A stretch of DNA of 64,000 nt, taken from contig CAVQME010000001.1 of NCBI GenBank assembly GCA_963713545.1, positions 130,809-194,808 on the forward strand. Direction: 5' to 3'. Origin of the DNA: an uncultured Actinomycetes bacterium (lineage in GTDB: Bacteria > Actinomycetota > Thermoleophilia > RBG-16-64-13). A program made the translations under genes and the position numbers. Shown here piece by piece: positions 56,877 to 64,000 of the stretch. Each line of letters begins with the position of its first letter. The stretch's first letter is position 1. The notes beneath the pieces are model-generated. The model was not told the DNA's origin and searched no databases. It worked only from the letters and a program-made list of their open reading frames with translations.

Positions 56877-57731
56877 TCAGCGCTTGACGATGCCGAGTAT
56901 CTGCCTGGCCTCGTCGGGTGTCGCGGGCTCTATGTTCAGTTCCTGGGCGATCCGCGCCGACCGCTCCACAAGCTGCGCGTTGCTCTCGGCGAGCACGCCC
57001 TTCGAGTAGTAAATGTTGTCTTCGAGCCCGACCCGCACGCATCCGCCCATGATCATTGCCATCGTGGTGACGGGGAGTTGAGCCGCCGAGGTGGCGGTGC
57101 AGTTGAAATAGCAGTTCTCTGGTAGGAACTGGTACATGGACACCAGCGTCTCCGGGTTGGCCTCGATGGCGCCCTGGTACATCATCCCCAGCACAAAGTT
57201 GACGTAGTACGGAGGCTTGAGCAGCTCCTTCTTGATCAGGTTGTTCACGTCCCGATACATACTCTGGGAATAGCATTCCATCTCGGGCTTGATCTCGAGT
57301 TCCTTCATCTTGGCCGCCCAAGCCTCGATGTCCTTGGTCATATTGGAGAACGGGGTACCGGCGAAGGCCCCAGTCTGACGCATGAGGGTGCCCATGTTGA
57401 GAGAGGCCGATTCCGGTTTGGCGTCGAGGCAGCGCACGCGCTCCTCGATGGTGAGGTTCGCGCCGCCCCCGGTGGAGAACTGCACGATGATCTCGCTGCA
57501 CTTGCCTCTGACGGCGGCCATGATCTCTTCGAACTTCTCCTTGGTGCCGGTGGGCTGGCCCTTCTCGTCGCGGGCGTGGATGTGCACGATGGCGGCCCCG
57601 GCGTTGTAGCACTCGAGCGCGGCCTGGGCGATCTCGTCCGGCTGCTCGGGGACATTGGGGTTCATCTCCTTGTTGACGAAGGCGCCGTTCAGAGAGGCGG
57701 TGATGATGACTTTGCCTGCAGGTAGCTTCAT
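56877..57731 (-). CDS. BKACE-family beta-keto acid cleavage enzyme (3-keto-5-aminohexanoate cleavage enzyme-like, DUF849)
   Basis: 284 aa. It begins KVIITASLNGAF and contains AAIVHIHARD, characteristic of Kce/BKACE TIM-barrel Zn enzymes. Confidence 0.75.
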   Translation of the reverse strand: MKLPAGKVIITASLNGAFVNKEMNPNVPEQPDEIAQAALECYNAGAAIVHIHARDEKGQPTGTKEKFEEIMAAVRGKCSEIIVQFSTGGGANLTIEERVRCLDAKPESASLNMGTLMRQTGAFAGTPFSNMTKDIEAWAAKMKELEIKPEMECYSQSMYRDVNNLIKKELLKPPYYVNFVLGMMYQGAIEANPETLVSMYQFLPENCYFNCTATSAAQLPVTTMAMIMGGCVRVGLEDNIYYSKGVLAESNAQLVERSARIAQELNIEPATPDEARQILGIVKR

Positions 57732-57760
57732 GGTGGTGACTCCTCTGACTCCCGTGTCGC

Positions 57761-58768
57761 TTATATCCGTTTGTAGATGAGGTCTTTGACGTCCTCGAAC
57801 ACCTTGATCAACGCGGCGTCCCGCTCGTGCAGGACCTGCTCCAAGGGACGGTCGCTGTAGTCGAAGAAACCCTTGCCGGTCTTGACTCCCAGCTCTCCTC
57901 GCTCCATGAGCTCCACCAGGCTCTTCGGCTGGTTGTCGATCGGGGGCTCGATGAAGTTGGGGTTCTGCAGGTTGCCATAGCTGAGGTCGACCCCGGTGAA
58001 GTCGTACCTCTGCACGAAACCTAGAACCATCGCCCGGGGGATGATGCTGGCTTTGACGGCCAGATCGAGCTGGTCGGCGGTCATGTAGCCGTTGTCGAGC
58101 AGGAAGAAGATCTCGCGGCCGATGATCCGCAGGAAGCGGTTGATGCAGAACCCGGGGACGAATCTCTCCAGCACTGTGGGGACCCGGTCGACCTTCTTGA
58201 GCAGGTCGACTACGAAGTCCACCGTTTCCTGGCTGGTCTCCGGCCCCTTGACGACCTCGACCAGAGGGACGATGTGAGGGGGAGCGAACCAGTGGGCTAT
58301 CACGGTCTGAGGCAACCGGCCGGCCGGCATCACCTCGTAGATGTTCAGGTAGGAGGTGTTGCTGGTGAGGATGGTGCGTTCAGGGCAGACAGCGTCCAGT
58401 TCCTCGTAGAGCACCTTCTTGGCGTCCAGCTTCTCGGCGATGCTCTCGATCACGAAATCCGCCTCTTTGCCGGCTTCTTCCACCGACTGGGTGGTCGTGA
58501 TGCGGGCAAGGATGCCGGGGACCGCACCTTCGGCGAGGAGCCCGCACTCGACGAAAGTGGCGAAATTCGCTTTGGCCACGGACATGCCCTTGTCGAGGGT
58601 CTCCGCTTTGCGCGAGTACATCGTCACATCGTACCCGGCGGTGGCGAACACTTGCGCCAGGCCCGGCCCCATGGTGCCTGCCCCAAAGATCGCCACTTTC
58701 TTGACGTCTTCGATTTTCACGTGATGCCCCTTGTGTCGTTCGTTCTGGTGGGAGACAGATGTCGTCAC
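57761..58768 (-). CDS. 3-hydroxyacyl-CoA dehydrogenase family protein (carnitine/3-hydroxybutyryl-CoA dehydrogenase-like)
   Basis: 335 aa. It has the Rossmann motif VAIFGAGTMGPGLAQV, and the HADH C-terminal domain is present. The real start may be slightly internal. Confidence 0.78.
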   Translation of the reverse strand: MTTSVSHQNERHKGHHVKIEDVKKVAIFGAGTMGPGLAQVFATAGYDVTMYSRKAETLDKGMSVAKANFATFVECGLLAEGAVPGILARITTTQSVEEAGKEADFVIESIAEKLDAKKVLYEELDAVCPERTILTSNTSYLNIYEVMPAGRLPQTVIAHWFAPPHIVPLVEVVKGPETSQETVDFVVDLLKKVDRVPTVLERFVPGFCINRFLRIIGREIFFLLDNGYMTADQLDLAVKASIIPRAMVLGFVQRYDFTGVDLSYGNLQNPNFIEPPIDNQPKSLVELMERGELGVKTGKGFFDYSDRPLEQVLHERDAALIKVFEDVKDLIYKRI

Positions 58769-58829
58769 GCTGGTATCACTATACCACTTTGTATATGCGC
58801 TATTTCGCTCGTCCGCGCGCCGGCCGGCG

Positions 58830-58868
58830 AAAAAACCGGGGGCTTCACGCTCCGCGTGAAGCCCCCGG
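58830..58868 (-). terminator. rho-independent terminator after the liv-type SBP gene
   Basis: CCGGGGGCTTCACGC-tcc-GCGTGAAGCCCCCGG is a 15-bp stem, preceded on the plus strand by AAAAAA. This gives a U6 tract on the minus-strand transcript. Confidence 0.75.
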
Positions 58869-58907
58869 TACAGGCCGTCATCCTGATCTCTCAGGAAGCT
58901 GTGACCA

Positions 58908-60155
58908 CTATTTCACTTGGTCGAGCGTACCCAGGAGGACGTTCGGGTAGGTCTTGACCGGCACCCAGGTGAGCACATCCCCCAACTTCTGCACTTCCAG
59001 CATGTAGAAGTCGCGGGTGCCGAGGAATACGGTCTCATAGGGGACCATCGTCAGTTTGCCGGTGGGCGTGTCTAGGCTCATATTCGACATAGCTTCGATG
59101 ACCGTCGCCGGTGTGGTGTCGCCGTTCGTCACCTTCAACGCCTCGGCGTAGAGCATGACGCTCTGCCAGGCCCCGTAGCCTTGCGGGGTGGGCGGCTCCC
59201 CGTTGTAGAGCTCCCTGTGCGCCGCCACGAACTCCGCGTTTAAGGGGTTATCGACGGTGTAGGCGTAGTAGTCGCAGGCCAGCATGCCCAACGCGAGATC
59301 GCCCAAATCCGCCAACTGGGCGTCGCTGAAGTTGTTGGACATCGTGTGGGCCAGCGGTGCGGTCAGGCCGTAGTCGTTGTACTGCTTGACGAAGGGGACG
59401 GCCCCGTTGCCGAAGATCCAGACAACAGTGACGTCGGCGGGCTTCATGGTCGACAGATAGGCACTGAAATCGACCGTGTCCAGGGGCACGTAGTTCTCGC
59501 TCAGCACCTCTCCGCCGCCCTCGTCGACGAATGCCTTCTTAAGGCCGGCCGTGAGGGCGTAGGCGGGAGTGTCATCGTAGTTGATGACGTTGGCCGTCTT
59601 GTAGCCCTTCTCCGCCAGGAACTTGCCGAAGTAATACCCATGGGAGTCGAAGAAGCCGGTGTGGATGAAGGCTAGGTTGTTGCCCGTGTCCAGATTCTCC
59701 GTCGGCTGCCCCACGATAGACATCTGCGGTATGCCGCTGGACTTGCCCAGGAAGTCGGCCACAGCCTTGGCGGAGGGCGAGAAGATGGGGCCGATCATGA
59801 CGTTGATCCCATCGCTCTCCACCTGTTTGCGGGCCTTGTCCACCGCGATGACCGGGTCGGAGGTGTTGTCCTCGGGGAAGTACTCGATCGGGCGGCCCAG
59901 GATCTGATTGTCGAGCATGGCGAAGGCGGTCTTGATGCCCCTCTCGGCCAGCTCGCAGTCGTAGGCCATGAAGCCGGTGAAGCCTTCGTTGAATCCGATC
60001 TTGACCGGCTCTCCGCTTGCGCGGGCCGTGGTCTCGCTGCTTGCCGGCGCCGTGGTCTCGCTGCCAGGCGGCGCCGTGGTCGTGGTCTCTTCCTCTTCGC
60101 CGCAGGCGACGGCAAACAGGCTCAACGCCAGGACGAGGACCAGCAACAGGATCAA
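58908..60155 (-). CDS. ABC-transporter substrate-binding lipoprotein, branched-chain amino-acid (LivK/Leu-Ile-Val-binding) family; intact
   Basis: 415 aa. It has a lipobox (LFAVAC), then a Thr/Ser/Pro/Glu-rich repetitive linker, then a type I periplasmic-binding-fold domain. Confidence 0.85.
   Translation of the reverse strand: MILLLVLVLALSLFAVACGEEEETTTTAPPGSETTAPASSETTARASGEPVKIGFNEGFTGFMAYDCELAERGIKTAFAMLDNQILGRPIEYFPEDNTSDPVIAVDKARKQVESDGINVMIGPIFSPSAKAVADFLGKSSGIPQMSIVGQPTENLDTGNNLAFIHTGFFDSHGYYFGKFLAEKGYKTANVINYDDTPAYALTAGLKKAFVDEGGGEVLSENYVPLDTVDFSAYLSTMKPADVTVVWIFGNGAVPFVKQYNDYGLTAPLAHTMSNNFSDAQLADLGDLALGMLACDYYAYTVDNPLNAEFVAAHRELYNGEPPTPQGYGAWQSVMLYAEALKVTNGDTTPATVIEAMSNMSLDTPTGKLTMVPYETVFLGTRDFYMLEVQKLGDVLTWVPVKTYPNVLLGTLDQVK
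60024..60093. repeat. ~2.5 copies of a 24-nt tandem repeat inside the SBP gene linker region
   Basis: gccgtggtctcgctgc(ttgccgg/caggcgg)c units. They encode the SETTA(P/R)A(S/G) repeats of the lipoprotein tether. Confidence 0.55.
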
Positions 60156-60239
60156 AGTCTCTTGTTCACTTGCTCACCCCTCCTTTTCGTAGCGCTTTCC
60201 CTCTAGTTTCCCGTTACCCCTGCTTGCCCCATCCACACC

Positions 60240-60945
60240 TCACTCGCCCACGCCCAGGTACGCGCTTTTGACGCTCTCGTTGTTGATGAGTTCATCCGGC
60301 GCGGAATCGTAGACGATGGTGCCCTTGCTCATGATGTAGGCGTAGTCGGCGACGCTCATCGCCATGCCGAAGTCCTGCTCCACCAGGAGGATGGACTGGC
60401 CGGCCGCCTTGAGCTCCTCGATCACCCTGAACACCTCTTCGACCACCACGGGGGCCAGCCCCTCGGACGGCTCGTCGAACAGGAGCAGGTCGGGATTGGT
60501 CATAAGTGCGCGGGCAATCGTCAGCATCTGCTGCTCGCCCCCACTCAGCAGGTTGCCCTTGTTCTTGCTCCTCTCTTCGAGCTTCGGGAAGACCGAGAAG
60601 ACCTTGTCTAGGGTCCAGGGGTCCTTCTTGTCGCCCGGCGGGCCGCCATCTTGAGGTTCTCGGTCACCGAGAGCGAGGAGAAGATCATCCTGCCCTGAGG
60701 GATAAGACCGATGCCCAGCCGAGCGATCTTGTGCGGGCTCGAGCCCGACGATCGTCCTGGCCGTTGTAGAGGATCGATCCCTTGCGCGGAGGCGTGAGTC
60801 CCATGATCGAGCGGATGGTCGTGGTCTTACCCATCCCGTTGCGGCCGAGGAGGGCGACGATGGTGGCGTCCTTGACGTCGAGGGACACGCCCTGAAGGAT
60901 GTAGCTGTCACCGTACCAGGTATGGATGTCGTGCAGTTCGAGCAC
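60240..60945 (-). pseudogene. livF: livF-type ABC ATPase, disrupted by about three frameshifts
   Basis: The Walker A N-terminus (GRNGMGKTT...ILYNGQD) is in one frame, the middle (PHKIARLGIGLIPQGRMIFSSLSVTENLKMAA) in a second, and the C-terminus (DKKDPWTLDKVF...LSGGEQQ...LLFDEPSEGLAP...) in a third. Confidence 0.75.
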
Positions 60946-60952
60946 CGGTCGC

Positions 60953-61713
60953 CTACCCGCCGCGTGTCAGGGACTTGCGAGAGCCCATATAGATGTCTCT
61001 CACCATCGGGTTGGAGCGGATCTCGTCGCAGGTACCCTCGCAGGCGATCTCCCCGTAGTGCAGGAGCATCACCCGCTCGGCCACGCCGAAGACGAGATCC
61101 ATGTCGTGAGCGATCATGAGGACGGTGATCTTGGAGCCCAGATCGCGTATGCGCGAGGTGATGTCCGCGCTCTCGTCGTGGTGAGTCCGCAACTCGGCTC
61201 GTCCAGCAACAGCAACTCCGGGTGACTGGCCAGGCTAAGAGCTATCTCGAGCTTCCGCTGCTGACCGTATGCGAGCGAGCTGACCACCTCGTCCCTCAGC
61301 TCCCACAACTCCACGGACTCGAGGAGCGCCTGCGCCTCGGCCCGCAGTGCCTTGTCCTTGAGAAAATCCCGGAAGATCCCGTACCGGCTCTTCTTGACTC
61401 CCTGGAGGCCGATCAGCGCGTTGACCTCCACCGACTGGTAGGGGAAGAGGCTGGTGATCTGGAAGGAGCGGGCCATGCCCATATGCGTGCGGGAGAATAC
61501 CGAGGCATTGGTGATGTCCTCTCCCTTGAAGTACACCTTACCGGCCGAGGGTTTCAGTTGGCCCGTGAGAAGGTTGAACAGCGTCGTCTTGCCGGCCCCG
61601 TTGGGACCGATGAGCGCCAACCTCTCACCCGGCTCGATGCCGAACGTGACATCCTTGACGGCGGCAAGACCCCCAAAATGCACCGAGAGTCCTTGGGTCT
61701 CAAGGAGCGCCAT
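60953..61713 (-). pseudogene. livG: livG-type ABC ATPase, disrupted by at least one frameshift
   Basis: The N-terminal part (MALLETQGLSVHFGG...GPNGAGKTTLFN...LLLDEPSCGL) then goes out of frame. The C-terminal part (THHDESADITSRIRDLGSKITVLMIAHDMDLVF...) resumes in another frame. The shift maps to a CC/CCC run near 61195. Confidence 0.75.
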
Positions 61714-61759
61714 GGAGACCTCCTCCCAACCCTTGAGGATCCACACGCCCGAGTCCTTC

Positions 61760-62766
61760 CGGGATGACCATGATCGTCACCACGAACATAGCTCCAAAGA
61801 TGAGGGGCCAACGGTCGGGCAAGTACAAGCTGGCGATGTACTCAATGCCCACATAGACGACGCTGGCGACGATCGGGCCGAAAAAGACGGTCGTGCTCCC
61901 CATGATAACGAGCAGGAAGGAGATATCGCTCGTTACCATCGCCATAGCTATTCGGGACCATGGTGGAACCGAAATAGGCGAAGAGGACCCCGGCTACGCC
62001 GCCGAACACGGCGGCGATGATCCAGGACGTGTACTTGTAGAGCCAAGTGTTATAGCCCAGGGCCTGCATGCGGCGCTCGTTGTCGTGTATACCGCGCAGG
62101 GCGTAGCCGTAGTGGGAGTTCACTATCCGATACATGATGTAGGCGCACACAACCAAGAAGACGAAGACAAGATAGTAATAGCTCCCGGAGTTCACTCGGA
62201 TGCCGAAGCCCAGGTCGGGTCGCGGGATGCCGGCCAGGCCGGTGGACCCCCCTGTCACGGGCCGCAGGGCGATGGCCACCCGGGAGAGTAGCTCTCCGAA
62301 AGCGATCGTGGCCAGCAGGAAGTAGATGGGGTTGGACGGCGCCCGCCCCCACCCCGAACACCCGGAACGCGGGAACGCCGAGAATGGCGGCGATGACCGC
62401 CGTCGCGATCAGAGCCAGAAGCAGGTTGAGCCAGAAGTTTTCGATACCGGCTTTGAGGACAAGGATGGCGGTGGCGTAGCCGCCCGCCCCGAAGAACGCG
62501 GCGTGCCCGAAACTGGGGATCCCAGCGTAGCCCCATATTACGTTCAGGGACAGACCGAAGAGGGCGTAGATCATCATTTTCGTGACTAGGCTGGAGACAA
62601 ACGTTGGGAGGAACAACGGCAGCACAAGGACAATGACGCCGATCACGAGAATCGGCAGCGCCAGCGTGACAAACGATCTTGGAGGTCTCCCGGCAGCAGC
62701 GCCCCTGACATCTTCTGGACTCCGACTTGCCGCCCGAGGGGGCTCATCGGTGCGCTCGACCATCAA
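61760..62766 (-). pseudogene. livM: livM-type ABC permease, split across three reading frames
   Basis: Consecutive LivM-like segments lie in separate ORF-track fragments: 62050..62766, 61842..62279 and 61700..61945. Confidence 0.7.
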
Positions 62767-63624
62767 AACACCCTCCTGCCAATGAGTCCGCTGGGCCTCA
62801 CGAGCAGAACGACGAGAAACACGATATAGGAGAAGAACAAAGCCCCATTAGGGAAGTAAGCTTTGCCGAACTGTGTCCAATAGGCCGATGACGAGCGCCC
62901 CCAGCATGGTGCCCTGGATGTATCCAGTGCCCCCCACTACCACGACGATGAGGGTCAAGAGCAGCAGATTGTCGCCCATCGTGGGGTAGGCGCCGATGAC
63001 CGGAGTCCCGATAACACCGGCCAGACCGGCGAGCGCCATCCCCAGCAGGAACACCAGAGTGCTGACCAAGCCGTAGTTGACACCTAGGCTGACGGTCATC
63101 TCCTTGTTGTCCATGCCGGCTCGGATGATCGCCCCCGCGCGGGTCCGGTCCTGCATCCACCAGAGGAGGCCAAGGATCACCGCACCGACCCCACAGATGA
63201 ATAGGCGATAGACAGGAAAGCTCAACTCCCCGATGGAGATGGTCCCCTGAAGCCACTCCGGTGTCTTCGCAATCTGGGCTCTCGGGCCCCAGATCCAAAG
63301 GACGACATTCGCCACCATGTAGGAGAGGCCGATGGTAAGGACCGCCTGCTCGGGGATCTTGTTGTAGAGACGCTTGAGGAAAAAGGAATACAGGCCGTAA
63401 CCGATTACGGCCAGGCAGATGGCGGCGACGACCACGGCCAGCCAGAACGAGCCAAGAGAATCGATGATCTGAAGCCCCACATAGGCGCCGAACATGTAGA
63501 GAGCGCCGTGGCTGAGGTTGAGCACCCCCATGACACCGAAGGTAAGAGAAAACCCCGCTGCCAACATGAACAGGATGAAGGCATATGAAAGCCCATTCAG
63601 TCCCGTGACCAGCGCTTGGTCCAT
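62763..63624 (-). pseudogene. livH: livH-type ABC permease, frameshifted near the 3' end
   Basis: The 258-aa ORF ends at ...IGLLDTVRQSLLP*. The genuine C-terminus (FGKAYFPNGALFFSYIVFLVVLLVRPSGLIGRRVF*) is encoded in a different frame immediately downstream. An indel near 62875 is inferred. Confidence 0.7.
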
Positions 63625-64000
63625 TCACCCCCCCTCGCGCGATGCCTTGCGACGACTTGGCGGTCTTAGGCCCTGCCCCTGCAGACCGGTCCCCGTCCGC
63701 CTGCGTGAGCCCCACTTGCGATCGCGACGCAGGTCGATCGGATCACCCTCCCCCTTGCGACGTGCGAAGCGACCCTCCTACTTCAGCAGCGAATGCCAAA
63801 CATGATAACGCTGTATCACAAAGCAGGCATGCGATTTCACAACCGCCTGCGATTCTAATATAGAACATCGACCTGCACAAGGGGAGGTCGGCTCCGGCCC
63901 ATCCTGACGGCACTACCAGCGAACCGGGTAATCAGCGCACCACCGCATAAGGCCCTTTTCATCACAAGAAGAATACCTCGAGACCGGCCATTTCATGATG

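Overview
High-GC (~65-67%) bacterial chromosomal segment with two very different halves.

Positions 1-32.6 kb hold a complete, contiguous translation/transcription super-operon, entirely on the minus strand. Read in the direction of transcription it runs tRNA-Tyr/Thr/Met, rpmG, tRNA-Trp, secE, nusG, rplK-rplA, rplJ-rplL, rpoB-rpoC, rpsL-rpsG-fusA-tuf, then the S10, spc and alpha operons, and finally a partial truA that runs off the 5' edge of the window. All these genes look intact. Several have non-ATG starts. The tRNA-Tyr/Thr/Met-rpmG-tRNA-Trp-secE order is actinobacterial-like. L24 has a Thermus-like C-terminal zinc ribbon, and S14 is the short type-Z form.

Positions 32.7-64 kb are an anaerobic-style catabolic accessory region. 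It carries aquaporin Z and an OsmC-like protein convergent with an orphan LarA-family racemase, plus a B3/4-domain protein.

There are two paralogous pyrogallol-hydroxytransferase-like Mo-bisPGD operons, each a large subunit with no N-terminal FeS motif and no Tat signal, plus a three-cluster ferredoxin subunit with a C-terminal beta-sandwich extension. They flank an IclR regulator, and the first one is co-operonic with a thiolase.

Next comes a cluster of SDR, MBL-fold hydrolase, alanine dehydrogenase and a tungsten-type aldehyde:ferredoxin oxidoreductase (AOR).

A third Mo enzyme has ttrBCA-like gene order (FeS subunit, NrfD-type membrane anchor, catalytic subunit with an N-terminal Cys4 motif). 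Both soluble subunits lack Tat signals, so it is predicted to face the cytoplasm.

A second, paralogous IclR ends an operon of SDR, BKACE (3-keto-5-aminohexanoate-cleavage family) and 3-hydroxyacyl-CoA dehydrogenase. The last feature is a lipoprotein Liv-type substrate-binding protein whose cognate livHMGF permease/ATPase genes carry multiple frameshifts.

The most notable observations are:
- an alpha-CTD-like helix-hairpin-helix domain fused to the C-terminus of beta' (rpoC);
- a ~77-nt structured repeat present, in opposite orientations, in two unusually long spacers inside the ribosomal-protein operons;
- the trio of cytoplasmic Mo enzymes with paralogous IclR regulators and a shared ATATCGATAT-type palindrome in their promoter regions;
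- the concentrated decay of the liv transporter next to an intact binding protein.

No rRNA, CRISPR array or obvious mobile element was found. Coordinates derived by eye rather than from the ORF track may be off by 1-2 nt.
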